This document shows positions 51,245-64,000 of a stretch of DNA of 64,000 nt, piece after piece. The DNA is from Camelus dromedarius (lineage: Eukaryota). The number at the start of each line of letters is the position of its first letter. Position 1 is the stretch's first letter. The notes beneath the pieces were generated by a model. The model made no database searches. It was not told where the DNA came from and saw nothing but the letters and a program-made list of their open reading frames with translations. The translations under genes were made by a program, and so were the position numbers. The stretch lies in contig NC_087437.1 of NCBI RefSeq assembly GCF_036321535.1, positions 86,182,001-86,246,000 on the forward strand, given 5' to 3'.

Positions 51245-53200
51245 CAAAAGCACAGACAATTAAAACAAATAGAAACAGTGCTGTCGAGCTCAAGATTAAG
51301 TAGAGCCATACTTTTTAATAGCCAAAAAGGGTGGCCCCTAAACTTTCTGAAGTTAGTACAAAAACCATTAACAAAATGAAATTTGTATGCTACTAATAAC
51401 ATGGCCTTCAAATATATAAAGTGAAACATGACAGAACTGCAAGGAGAAATGTACCAATCCAAATCATATACATCTCATTCAATAATTGACTGAAGAATCA
51501 TTTTTTAAAGTAATATCATAGAGGATTTGAATAACAAAATTAACAAACTTCATCAAATGGACATATATAGAACATTGTACTAACAAACAAATGTAAAATT
51601 CATATTCTTCTCAAAGCAACATAAAATATTTACAAAAACTAACCTAATATAGGGCTATAAAGCAAGTCAAAATAAATTTCAGAGGGCAGACATAATACAG
51701 CATATGTTCACTGATCATAATAAAAATAAGAAAATAATAAGAAAGAAAACCAGAAAACCCCATTGTTTGGAAAAAGAAAACAAATTTACAGTAAAAAAAA
51801 AATGAACAAAGTTTCAAATGCTAAATCTTGATAAAAATTTGATTAACAAATATAAAAGACATCATTATAAATCCTGCAGGTATTAAAAAGATTAATGACG
51901 AGATATTGTGCACAACTCTGTGTCAACAAGTTTGTAGACTTGGATGAAATGGAAAAATTACTAAAAACACAAACAAACAGAAACTCGAAAACTCATGGAA
52001 CTTATTCAAGAAGAAAGAGAAAACTTTTAAAATGAAGTAGTATATTTGTGTTCTGTCATCAACAATATTCCATATAATGGAGTCTTCTCCAGATGAGAAT
52101 GCTAATAGATTATATTTGGAAATTTAAAAATAAATAATTTTGCCTCTTTGTGCATATGAATATGTATTTAAAATGTCATTATTATTTTATAGTATTTTAC
52201 ATGTTTTATATTGATTATATTCATAAAGTTCCTTAACTTCTAAAGATAAAAATTATGTTAAAAGTTAAAAAAAAAAAAAGAGAAAACTTTTAAGTATCTT
52301 GTAACCATTAAAGAAACTATACCAATGGTCAAAATTCGTCCCACAAAGAAAACTCCAGGCCCACATGGCTTCAATTGCAGGTTCTATCAAATATCCAAGG
52401 AAAAAAATAGTAACTGCTATGTTACATAAACTATCCTGGAGTATATAAATGAGAGCTTCAATTCATTTTATGAGGCTACAATAACCTTGATTCTGAACTC
52501 TAATAAGAATATTTTAAGAACAAAAAATTATAAGCCAGTCTTACTTATGAACATAAATGGAAAAATCCTAAGCAAAATATTACCAGAGTCCAGAAAAATT
52601 TACGTATATATATTTCCATATATTACAGAATTATGAAAGCTTTTGTTGAAAATCCAAAAAAACTATAGACAAATTTTTAGAGTTAATAAATTTACCAATA
52701 TTGTGAAATAATGGGAAAATGTCTAAACTCTCTAAACAGACAATAGAATTCTAATCAAACTCTCAACAAGTTTTTCATGAAACTTGACAAGCTGATTCTA
52801 AAATACATATAGAAATGCAAAGGTGTCAAAAATAGCCAAGATGCTCTTAACAAAACAAACAAAATAAAATGAAACCAAAAAACAAGGGAAGATTTTTACC
52901 TATATATTATGATACTATTTCTACGGTAATTACGTTAATGTAGTACTAGCTCAAGGACAAAGCAATTAAATGGAATAAAATCAGACCCATGTTAATGTGG
53001 ACATTTGCTTTATGACAGAAGTAACACTACAGAGTACTAGAAAAAGTACAGACTTCTTAAACAGGACAAAAAGAAAGCATTAATCATAAAGAAAAATATA
53101 GGTATGAAAAGTAATAACCTCTCTTTGTAAAAAACAAACAAACACACCAAAGAGAGTAAAAAGGCAAGCCACGATTTGGGAGAAGATATTTGTACTACAA
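51245..53200 (+). mobile_element. Old mammalian L1M ORF2 fragments
   Basis: A-rich L1 ORF2 text (gaggatttgaataacaaaattaacaaactt; ccacaaagaaaactccaggcccacatggcttca; gaaacttgacaagctgattctaaaat). Confidence 0.8.
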
Positions 53201-56200
53201 GGAAGAAAACTGAAGGAGCTGGTATTTCACCCCGCCTGTAGGCTCAAAAGTTAGCCCATCAGTTTCACGGATGTTGGTAGAAGACACGAGACTCCCGATT
53301 CAGAAATGATGGACAGTTAATTACTCGCAAAAATAACTGTAGCCAAGTCAAACAAGGTTTAAATCTGCCCTGTTTACCACTAGTGCCTGGTGGTACTCAA
53401 AAAATACTTACAGAAAGAACAAACAGTTCGGGGACAACCATCACCGTGCTTGCCTCATGTTTCTGTGAAGGAGAAGATTCCTCCTGGTCCTGCCCTCCCC
53501 ACAAGGTAGAGGTAAGCATTTTGCTTTTGTGGACAACTCAAGACTCTCTCTCCCTATTTACTTGAGCCTTCAAACAAGGAGAAAAGTAGCTAATGTAGTC
53601 AATGAGTGCTAGCTATTGTAGTTACAGTGTATGGAGCCAAAATGGAAAAAGTCACTATACCTGAATATCACTGCCTCTTTTGTTCTCTTGTACCTGCCTG
53701 AGCTCTGGCGCTTTGGGTCCTAACAGTTTATCCTCTTAATTATGTTTCCAAGCAGAAGATATAAGGGGGAAGGCTCTTACTTTCTAACAGCTGGCTGGAT
53801 GAGCTGACTGATTCCCAAGATTTAGATGTGGGATTGGAATAAGAGCCTTGCACTTTGGACTAAGGTCCAAATCATGTTCCTCAACTTAGCTTCATCAGAG
53901 GTGGCTGGCTGGTGTTTACGGATGAGCCTACACAACTGGCAGTAGTGTCAAATCAGATTCTCATAAACCAGAGATCTTACCTAGTATCAAGTTTAGCAAA
54001 ATAATTTCAAGTATATAAGCAACCGAGTGGCACAAAAGAAGCAGGGATATCCATGTGGCTTCCTAAGTCTTGCTTCTAGCTCAGAATGTTTTCTAGCCCA
54101 GAATAGTAGATGATTTCTGTAAGCAAGTTGATAGGTCACCTCACACAATGGGGAGCATTTAGGTTCTGTCACATCTCCATTACACCTTATGGAGCTGAAC
54201 AGCTTACATATATTCTTCAGGAAGCCATGCCTCATAAATCTATAGATTTCAGGTTGTGTTTACCACAGGAAATCCTAAACCAGGGACATTCTGCTCAAAG
54301 TATGCCATAAGTAAGAGCTCTCCTCTTAGCAAAATTCATTAATCTATTTACCAAGGAGGTCAGTTATCAACATGTTTAACTGGGTCACCTGCCTTTTTTC
54401 TTTCTGTGGGAGTGTCTCCTTGGAAATCAAAAGAGGAATGGCTCACAGGCCAGCTGCCAGCTTCTTCCCCAAAGAGTTATCAAGCTCTTGCCTGGATCAT
54501 CAAAAAACCTTATGTTTTAATTTTCAGTAGGACATGTTTTTGTAACTATTTCTTGCAATAACAATATTCTGTCATTAAAAAGAGCAGTCTTTGATACTCA
54601 ACTACCTGAATAAATGAATGAATGAATGAACAAGTGATTTAATATGATGTAGCCATTTTAAAAGTATGTTTTCAAAAACTATTTAATAATTAAAATGTTC
54701 ATAATAAATTCAGTGAAAGAGATACCAAATTACATATTCCTATGATTTCCATCATTATAAATACTACACACAGTCAAAGGGAATAAGTCCAAATAATAAG
54801 TTTCTTTCAATGGATTGCTTATTTTCTTCTTTTTATTTCTCTGTATATTCCAAATGCTTTTATAAGTATATGTATACATATATATATGCTTATATATAAT
54901 GCTTTTATATATTACTTTCATGATTAGGACAAATTATTAGCAAAAGACCTTCACTTTAAATATTTATCTGTCGCTTATTTTGAAAAATATGTCTTCTTAA
55001 GCCCACACCCCATCTTTAACCCAAGCAAAGTTAGGTGTCCCCCCTTTTGCACACTCTGCACCCTAACTATTCTCTCTATTACCACATTCTTACCATAGTT
55101 TATGATAACTGCCCTGAGGACCTCGAGAACAAGAGTCATTTCATATATGTTTTAGTATCTTTAGTGCCTACCAAAGTTCCTGACACAAAGTAGGTATTTA
55201 ATAAATGTTGGATAAATTAGTAAATGCTGATAAACTCTTATTTCAAGACTGTATTTTACACTGTCAATCTACCCTTGAAACATTTTTATGGTTGAAAGTA
55301 CAATAGCTACAAACTCTAGCTATGGATGACTCCTCAACATTTTACAATTTCATTTAATGTGGAATATTTTAATCTATAAACTCTTACTGAAAAGAAACAT
55401 GTACTTTGCCCAAATTACAGATTTTTCCTCTCAGAACCTCTGACTCCTGCCACCTAACTTAAAGAAAAAAGAAGAAAGAGGAGGAGGAAGAGAAGAATGA
55501 GAAAGAAAATCAGTAGTAGCAGCGACAGTCGAAGTATTCATAGTGGCTGGCTTCTGTTTTCTGGATTCCAAACATATGACTCAGCATATGATGCAAAGTT
55601 AAGTGAATTAGTTAAACTTTAAAAAGAAAATATGCACATAGCTGAAACAGTGCTGAAATTCTTCCATTCTGATAGAACTATATGTCCAAATATTATTTTT
55701 CCAGTATGAGCATATCACCTTTTTGGTCACTACATTGATGAATGATGAAGACCCATGCTCCACAGTCACTAGGTATTCCTCAGCTCAACAGCATGATGGA
55801 AGAGATGTTGCAGGGTTTTTTTAAATGCTTTTTTAAAAACACTACTCTTTCTGTAAGAGTAACACTCTTTAAGGACTGTTACCTGGATGATTTATACAAA
55901 ATTTCAAAACATTATCAAATAATCTAAGCTGCTTTTTTCAATGAGTTCACAAATTGGATTTCACCTATCAAGTAATGAAAAAAGAAAACCAGAAGGGGTC
56001 AGTATTTTAAACGTGATTGATTTCCTCTGAGGAAATGGGTGACATGATACATTACTGCAATAAGATACCTATATTTTTGTTATAAATCATACTCTTCAGT
56101 TCAGGTACTTCCCCACCTAAAAATCATGTAAACTTCTCTTGCACAAACATCATAGCCACTTTCTAAAAAGACTATGTGTATATTATTTTTAGCATATGTT

Positions 56201-58149
56201 TCCACTCTATTTTTCCTGATATATTGAAATAAAAATGAGGCAAGCAAGAGAATCTGATTACATAGTGTGCACATAAATAGTACGTGACAGAAATGAATGG
56301 TCTCAGAAATTATTTTGAGAACTTATAACAAAGGTATACTTTCAAATGACATTTCATTAATAGAACTGGTTTATACTCAATTATTCTTCACATCCTTGTC
56401 CCACATTCTCATCTTCTTGAAAATGGGTTTGGAGACAGATGTGTGAGAGAGTTGTATATAACTTATACATCATATTGTATTTAATAGAAGATTCTACTTT
56501 TTCCACTTCCACATGAATAAGCTAAAGAGTCCTCAATAAGTGTACAATAAAATTATATGGGATCTCTGTCTTCACTGTGCCTTCCAATATGCTTTTCATG
56601 CTAAAAAAATCAGATTACTGTTTTTACGATTATATACAGTAATATATAATTATATACATGCATTCATTTTTTAAAGAATTTTTTAAAAACTATTACATAT
56701 CTGCTGATATTACTCCTTTTAAAAAACTTAACATCAAGAAACTTCTATTAAATAAAGCATTGATTTCATTGAAGTATCACAATCAAGAAAACGTGCAAGA
56801 TTAATGTTTGGTGGGAGCATATTTAGTAAGAGAATATTGAGTTTTTAAAAGGTAAGATTATGAACACTATGCAGGCTGCCTATTTAATGTAAATATGAAT
56901 GATTTCTGGTAAGGTGAATGAGTAATAACCCACTGAAGGCATAAAATACCTTTGAACACCATATCTGTCAGCAGACAAATGCAGAAACGTACAAATCCAG
57001 TCTTCGACAAAATAGCACAATCAAAAAGCTTTCCTTATTTGCCTCTCAGCTGTCCTTCCTACTTCTTTTCTCCCTTCTGAGTTCCATCTTCTGTCCACAA
57101 GCTCAGCTTAGGCAATATTTGCTTGTTTGCTTTCTAATTTGTCTTTGCAAATGCAAATAAGGTTCCGCTATCAATACTTTACACCTCTGACTCAAACTCA
57201 TACACGTCAATCCATTTATTTTCCTGCATGTATTTGCGTTTAAAATCTTTTATTCCTTACTGTGGAATAAAAGGACTGTCTTTTGTTAAAGGATGGTAAG
57301 GCAATAACTAGATGAGGAAGATTTGGAAGAAAGTAAGAGAAATTTCTTTGCATGTGATATAGTAAAAGAGACATTCCTGATGAGAAAATTACTATAGCCT
57401 TTTTTCTTATTTTTTTGGAGTCAGGGGCAGGAGATAAAAGAGAGACTGTGGCTGGCATTATCATTTTTTCCTTTATCTTCTTAACCCCCAGATTTGTAGA
57501 TGTCAGGGAATTGGAACCATTTTCTGTGACTATAGCTTGTGTATCAGGCTCTTTCCCCTTTATCATCATAATCACACAGCCAAGGGGCTCAGAGTTTCAG
57601 CTGCTTCAAGTGGCTCCAAAACCTCTCATACAGACCAGGCATCAGAGGCAGAGAATGCAGAGCAGCTGCTCAAGGAAAAGACTGAGAGGGGGCTGATGTG
57701 ATGGTCTTTCCCAGTCACATGTAATCACATGAAAGCCTATACTCATGACTGAGATGTCTATTTTGCACCCTGTTAATATGCTACTAAAGTGATGTGGTGC
57801 TAAAGCCATTTCTTTGGGGAGAAAGATGATGAGAGAGAGAGGTGGACACTTTAGAAGAGCCTCAGTTGTTGGGGCACAAGACGGTACAGATAGGAGGTTT
57901 ACATAGATGTATGATCTTCACGATGATGACTGAAACACTGGATGTTAAGGGAAATGTATTAAGTGGGGAAAAAATAAACAAAAACTAAACCCATGCTTTG
58001 GTTATGTAAAAGCAATACTAATCAAAATAAACTGTGTGAATTGCTTTACATTTATGCCTAATTACCATGCAGCTCAATAATGATTATGTCATTATTTTTG
58101 TCTGATTAACTTTACTATAAATTTAATATAAATTCTAAATACTCATCCC

Positions 58150-59400
58150 CTGTAATTTAGTGTTTTTGAACATTTATTTACTGACCCCCTTTTACATGCC
58201 AGACACCAAACTTCATACTGGAAATAAAAACAATAAGACAATCCCTGCTGTCATGGGGCTTACAGTCTTGAAGAGACAAGTACTAGGCAAATATCAAGTA
58301 GAGGAACTGACAATCAATGTGTCTGTAAATGAGGGTGGGGAATGAGGGGAATATCAATCCCAGTCCTAGTGAGTCAGGTAAGGCTTTACCAAGGAGATCT
58401 CAGAGCTGATTCTTGAAGAACCAGTAGAGTTAGCCAAGAGGAAGGGGAGAATGAGTTAGATGAAGAACTCAAGCAAAAGGAACAGGAAATGCACGGGCCT
58501 CAGAAACATAAGGCGAGTCTGAGAAACTGCTCAGTTGGAACACAGGGCAAGAGTCCTGAGACAGTGAAGCTAGTGAAGAAGGAACCACATTCAAAGGGGA
58601 CTTGAATATCATACTAAGGAATTTTAAGTCTTAATGGTAATGGGGAACACTGCAGATTTCAAAAAGGAGAATAACATGATCGGATTTACATTTCAGGTCA
58701 GACTGGCTTTACTGTGGAGACTGAAGTACAGAGCTCACACTTGAAGACAAGCAGGGCAGTCAGAAGCCAGCTGCAGTGCTTTAGGTGACAGATACTGGTG
58801 GCTTAGGTTACATTATTAAGGATGAGAGAATTGAATGGACTTGAGAAATATGTAACAGGTGTAATTGAAACATCTTAGTGATTGACTGGATGTAAAAGGA
58901 TTCGGAGGTGGATTTCTGACATAGGCAAGTGCATGATGCCATGGCAGTTGCTGAGATGGAGAAGAGAGGAAAAGACGCAGGTTGATGGGGTTTCTATCTG
59001 ATTTTTTGTTGTTGATTTTGGCAGGGGTCAGGGACAGGAGAGCATTAGAAATTACACGTTCCCTCTCAACAAATTCTGTCTTATATATCTGAGGAGCTTC
59101 TAAGTGGAGATCTCTGATAGAGCATTGGATATACAGGTCTGAGGCTAAGAAGAAAGAGCTGAGCCTAGACACATAATTGGGAAGCAGCATCATCTATCAT
59201 TTGAAACCATCAGACAGAGAAGAGGGCCAACATCAGCAGCCTAAGGAAACCCAAAATTTATGGGATGACCTGATTAAGAGCAAATTAAGAAAATAAGTAG
59301 GAAGAAAACCAGGAAAGCATATGATGACAAAAATCAGGGAAGGGACTATTTTAAGGAACAAGCTATCAACAAAGTCAAGTGCAACAGAAAATGTAGACTG
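58150..59400 (-). mobile_element. L2 LINE 3' portion
   Basis: Antisense tail aacatttatttactgaccccttttacatgccagaca followed by L2 body. Confidence 0.75.
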
Positions 59401-60379
59401 GTCATTTTAGAGTAAAATTCAATAAACTATATCTACTAAAATGTTTGATCCTTAATTCCACTTTTGATATTTAATCAAAAAAAAAATGTGAGCATGTGTG
59501 TGCAATGAGACAAATTAAAGACCAGTTTGTAAAAGTAAAAAAGAATGTAAAAATCCAAAAATAGAGGGCTAAATAGGATATTAAGACTAATTCTATTGAA
59601 TATTTCATGGAAATTGAAGAGAACAAAGTAGGTTTACCAGAAAAAGGCTTTAAAAAATATTAAGCACAAAAAGGAGCCAGTTTTAGAACAATGTATATAC
59701 AATGACAGCAGCTATTTTTTTAATGTATTTCCCTATGGATATATAATTGTAATAAAAGCCATAGAAAGAGTCTGGAAGAATATACCACAGACTTAAGACC
59801 AACAGTTAATGCTGCGAAGAAAGTTGATATTTAGCTGGGTCTGTGGTCATGGGGACCTTCTGCTTCATTTGTAGCTTCTGAACTTTTTACAATGAAAAAT
59901 GTTGCCATTTAATAGTTGTATAATAAAGCACATTTAAAAAATGCTATTGAGAGATCAAGCAAAATTAAAATTGAAAAATAACCATTAGTTGATTTAATGG
60001 GTTTTTAGTAACTTTAATAAGTTTATGTTTGGAAGAATAAAGGGAACAGGAGATAGATTACAATGAATAGAGACAAAATGGGAGGAAAAGCAGTAGACAG
60101 AATATAAAATAGAAAGCTTGGCATAGAACAGAAAGAAGTGAAGGAAGGATTTTCATGGAAGAGAAGAAAAATTATATTCTCAGGAAGCCTGGTTGCTCAC
60201 AGCTTAAAAAAAAAAAAACAAAACAAAAACAACCAGAGATCACAATGCTAATAAGCCATCACAAGATTCAGTGTCTGTTATAAGGTGTGAGGTATAACAA
60301 CAGCAAGGCCCAGAGGAGCAGGAGCGATTAACTGAACAGCCAGATCAAGAAAGTTCAGGTGAGAAAAAACACCTAGAGT

Positions 60380-61120
60380 TGGAGCTATGCGACGTCTCGT
60401 GTTTGAGAGCATTCCAGGCGGTGCTACCTGGAATCAGCAGTGTGTGCTGGTTACTGATCTGGTACAAGAAAAAGCCTACGTAGTAGTATTGGTTGTAGTG
60501 TGTGGGCAATGGCATGTGTTCATTGTTGTGCATCAGTCAGAAGTTGGAAGTAAAGCACATTGTCATCAGTGCATCAAAACTGTCACTCAACCTCATTCCA
60601 CATGGACGAAGTTATGAGTGATCAGGCATCATTTAACTATATTTTAAATTGTCCGAAGAATTTTTGTTCAGCATTAAATAGGCAGGGATTAAGGGATCTC
60701 TTCTGAAACCAGGACAGGATGTCCCAAATGGCTCTGTTCTGAAGAAACCAACTACTTCTTGGTGGTCATGTCCTTCTAGAAATTTCTTAGAGGGGAGATA
60801 CATGCTAACAAGGAACTACAGCATCTTCCTCATTCCAGAACAATGTGTCCATCGTTAAAAAAAAAATGCACCCTGGTCCGAAGTTACTCTTACAGGGGGG
60901 CTGCTCATATTCTGGTGAAAGAAGAGGGTGATGAACCCTAAGCTTGGGATGGTCCTGAGAAGCAAACGACTTTAAACCACAGTAAAATCACTGTGTCCTT
61001 TAAATGACAATGCACAGCAACACGAGATTTCATCCAGCGGGCAAGGCTGGGGGCAGAGGTGACATTACAACATGAGAGCTAAAAGGAAAAAGGTGGAGAA
61101 TTGTCTGGGCGCAGACTTTG
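60380..61120 (+). mobile_element. Possible very old non-L1 LINE RT relic (RTE-X/L4 or CR1/L2-like) in NSUN3 intron 5
   Basis: Plus-strand fragments in RT order: IPGGATWNQQCVLVTDLVQEK (~GRSTxDxxxVLxxLxEK), WTKL, DVPNGSVL (~GVPQGSVL), TLNHSKITV (~INxSKTKV), CLGADF (~YLGxxF). Heavily decayed. Confidence 0.4.
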
Positions 61121-61245
61121 GAGGATTAATTATTGACACCTACACAGGAAACTCTCCATTCAGGGGCTTCTCTGTGTCATGTTTTGTCATGTCTACTTAA
61201 ATTACACTAGAAACCAAAATAAACATTTGTATTAATAGCCCTCAC

Positions 61246-61367
61246 CTTAAGAGTTCTATCTGTAGAACAGGCAAATTCCTCCTTTGGTTTATCCTACAGG
61301 CTGCCTTCTGAGGATCAGAAGAGAACAACCAACTTCGATCATTTGAACATGGAGCATCAACTAACAC
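61246..61367 (-). CDS. NSUN3: NSUN3 internal coding exon (equivalent to human exon 5), 122 nt, m5C methyltransferase motif IV (DAPC)
   Basis: tttttctctctag|GTG TTA GTT GAT GCT CCA TGT...CTC TTA AG|gtgagg translates to VLVDAPCSNDRSWLFSSDPQKAACRINQRRNLPVLQIELL(R). Phase 0 start matches the previous exon (749 bp intron); phase 2 end matches the next exon. Confidence 0.97.
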
Positions 61368-62116
61368 CTAGAGAGAAAAAGGACATATAATATAACTATA
61401 CACTGAAAATATATCCTCAGACACAAAGTACATAGGGAAGATATGCAAATTGTGACAAAAAACAGCAAATAAATAAATATGGTTATTTTAAAACTGAAAA
61501 TACAGAATGCCACGTTCTTTATAACATTTCTTAATACTTTATAGAAAAATTTCCTGTGCACTTTCAATGTTTGAGGTTTTTTTTTTAAGTGAGGAGGGGA
61601 TTTGAGAGGAGTAAAAGTCTACTAATGTCCACTAATATGTCATATTTTTGATGACTACAGCAAGAACTTTTACAATAGTTACTCATTTTAAACAGACGTT
61701 ACTATATTTCTGAATTCTCAGCATTTATTTTTAAGAACTAATAATTCAATTTCAGTTTACTGAAATGCTCTTTTTCTTCAACTGTCATACCCAGATATGA
61801 AACGTTACCGAATTAAAGCAATACAGTGCACGTGTTTGTGTACTGACCCAAACAATATCTGATCTTTCCCTGAGTATCTCTGAGGCACCTGGAAATAAAA
61901 ACATTCCATAATCCCCAGTCCCAGCATCACTGCTTCCTTTGAAATGCTGACCATCAAAAGAAAACCGCTTCCATGCTCACTTTATCAACATTTCCCAGGG
62001 CACTGAGAAACTGTATCAGGCTGTGTCTGGAAGCATACGGAAAACAACAGCAACAAAGCAACAGAACAGTGGTATCACTGGGAGTCCATCAGTCTGTCAC
62101 AATGTAATAAAAGTAC

Positions 62117-62271
62117 CTTGTCAAACGTTTCAGGCCAGGCATCTCCCATTTCTCTGCCATCCAATTCAGACACTTTAATTACATTTACCAACGGCTGTGG
62201 GATGAAGGATTCTAACGTCTCCCTCAGCCACCTCAATCTCAGAGTATCGTATTCGTTACAGTGAAGATAAC
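62117..62271 (-). CDS. NSUN3: NSUN3 internal coding exon (equivalent to human exon 4), 155 nt
   Basis: Minus strand ...atatttag|GT TAT CTT CAC...TTT GAC AAG|gtactt translates to (G)YLHCNEYDTLRLRWLRETLESFIPQPLVNVIKVSELDGREMGDAWPETFDK, closely matching recalled human NSUN3. Canonical AG/GT sites; phase 1 start, phase 0 end. Confidence 0.96.
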
Positions 62272-62425
62272 CTAAATATAAAGGATTAAAAAGTTTTGAA
62301 ATGAATATAATGGAACTGTTAAACTTCCAGTTTTGATCAAATACATTTCAGCAAGAAATTGGTTCATCATAATTACACAGAAATAGGGCTCAGACGTAAA
62401 CATTATGACTCCCATATGTTTAAAA

Positions 62426-62457
62426 ACACACACGCACGCACGCGCGCACACACACAC
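62426..62457. repeat. Compound (CA)/(CACG)/(CG) alternating purine-pyrimidine microsatellite
   Basis: acacacacgcacgcacgcgcgcacacacacac. Confidence 0.9.
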
Positions 62458-62856
62458 TTCATAAAACATTTAAGATAGTCATGCCTGCATAGCCTCTCCT
62501 AAGCTCTCACCATTCACTCATTCAAATTTAATTTTCACGGTGAAAACCTTCAGAGAAATATGGATTCCTAAAGATGTGCTATACAACCAATACCCCAGAG
62601 TTCTCTCTTGAAGTTCGTAAAGAGTAAATCATAAACTCTTAAGAGTAAATGATACATAAGTTCCTTCCAGAACAGAACACTTTCATTCTAAATAAAGGAA
62701 GGTGCATGGCATGTGGGGAAAAAGCATGTAAAGTGCTGTTGACTTTATGACGAGAAAGATCTGGGCTCAGATTATGAGCTGTGAGACTTTGAGGAAGGCA
62801 CCTAGCTCTCTTCAGAGTCTTAGTTTCCTTACCTGTAAAATAAGGACTGTACCTAG

Positions 62857-63340
62857 TGAGGGGCATATCACTCCAAAAATGCTGCTTTGGCATATTGATT
62901 ATTTTGAGTGAAAGATGTCTGAATAACAGCAGATACTGGAATGGCATTTGACCTTTTTTACTTCTTGAAAGCAGGAGATGAACTCCCATGTGAAAGATAC
63001 CCTCCCTGTACCAGGAGGTAAGAAATATCCTTATCACCAGAGACAGGGAATCAAGACCAAGAGAAATGCGTACAGACTTTGTTCAAAATAACTCTTCCTT
63101 TCTTCTCCCCACATATTTCAGTTACTTGTCCACAACGGGCACTATTTATTCAACCTTGTATGTAAGCACTTAGGCCTAGCCACTTCTTCGGGTCTTCATT
63201 TTCCTGTGGCAACTCCCATGAACACATAAAATTTTAAAGAATAACATTTGTATGCTTTATTCCTGTTACCCTGTCTTATGTCAGTCACAGCCAGAAGCCC
63301 TAAGAGGACAGGACAGAGGAGAAATTTTACTTCCCCTATG
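62857..63340 (+). mobile_element. ERV1 solo LTR (MER34-like) inserted into a MIR
   Basis: TGAGGGG...ggcatattgattattttgag start and cttcccctatg end, with a 4 bp TSD ctag at 62853-62856 and 63341-63344. MIR sequence continues on both sides. Confidence 0.8.
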
Positions 63341-63376
63341 CTAGTACCTTACAAAGTAGTTGTTAAGATTAACTGT

Positions 63377-63450
63377 TGCAAACTGTTACACCTTAAACTT
63401 ATATAGTACTGTATGTCAATTATATCTCAATGAAACTGGAAGAAAAAAAT
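63377..63450 (+). mobile_element. Very short 5'-truncated L1 3' end
   Basis: tacaccttaaacttata...tgtatgtcaattatatctcaat plus an A tail. 10 bp TSD gattaactgt at 63367-63376 and 63451-63460. Confidence 0.75.
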
Positions 63451-63519
63451 GATTAACTGTGACACTTTAGTAACATATGCAGCATAATACTGTAAAAGTA
63501 GTAACAAATGTTAATAATA

Positions 63520-63750
63520 ATTACTAACAATTCTTGAGTCCCTACTGAAGGCTAGGCATTGTTTTAAGACTTTACACATAGTAACACATTTAACCTTCAC
63601 AAATCTGTGAGGTAGATAATTTTAATATTATTCTATTTTACTGATCAGGAAACTGAAGCCAAGACAGGTTAAGAAACTTGCCCAGGTTCACAGAACAAGA
63701 AACCCAGGTGCCTTAGTTCAAGAGCCCTAACTACTTCTAAGCACCATCTA
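63520..63750 (-). mobile_element. MIR SINE
   Basis: tatttactgatcaggaaactgaagccaagacaggttaagaaacttgcccagg. Confidence 0.75.
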
Positions 63751-64000
63751 TGCTGTTTCTCAGTATAGCAGGCATTTAGCAAGTGGTTCTCTCCCTAATA
63801 AAACAGTTGTTTTGCCTTTCTTTACTTAAATATATATTTATAAATATTTTAATATATTTATCACATAATAACATAAATTTCATATAATACATATTTAAAT
63901 ACAAGCATATTTAAAATGCCTAAAAGTATAAACAAAGAACATCAAAAATTACCTAAAACACACTGCCTTCAGATAAGCACAATTTAACATTTAAATAAAT

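Noticed and set aside
57240..57696. ORFs of 111 and 93 aa and a strong plus-strand acceptor-like tract ending at about 57491
   Set aside because: No recognisable protein similarity and no convincing downstream donor, so an exon cannot be supported.
60411..60434. Hairpin attccagg-N8-cctggaat
   Set aside because: An 8 bp stem is expected by chance in 64 kb, and there is no extended miRNA-like stem.
60300..60800. Minus-strand FLQNRAIWDIL plus a hydrophobic stretch, suggesting retroviral env or another viral glycoprotein relic
   Set aside because: The CX6CC motif is missing, the spacing to the hydrophobic segment is wrong, and the plus strand fits LINE RT motifs better.

Overview
Mammalian genomic DNA that is AT-rich, CpG-depleted and dense in repeats. 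Two tRNA-Ala-derived SINEs of the camelid type suggest a camelid (camel, alpaca or llama). The only protein-coding gene I can support is NSUN3 (mitochondrial tRNA-Met C34 m5C methyltransferase) on the minus strand. Its last three coding exons are 62271-62117, 61367-61246 and 39168-38898, with canonical GT-AG sites, consistent phases and both catalytic cysteines (PC and TC motifs); earlier exons lie beyond the window end. Positions 1 to about 35 kb are gene-free flank filled with L2, MIR, MaLR/ERV LTRs, DNA transposon relics and L1 fragments. The most notable observations are: (i) a roughly 1.3 kb fossil L1 reverse transcriptase of the fish/amphibian/reptile type just downstream of NSUN3; (ii) a solo LTR that has kept a CpG-island-like promoter core with YY1, NRF1-like and GC-box motifs and a G-quadruplex; (iii) a roughly 220 bp local inverted duplication and a 69 bp direct duplication; (iv) an apparent lineage-specific early stop trimming the NSUN3 C-terminus; (v) a second very old LINE RT relic in NSUN3 intron 5. 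I see no evidence for a wholly new multi-gene system. Repeat family names come from recalled consensus sequences, and repeat boundaries are approximate unless TSDs are given.
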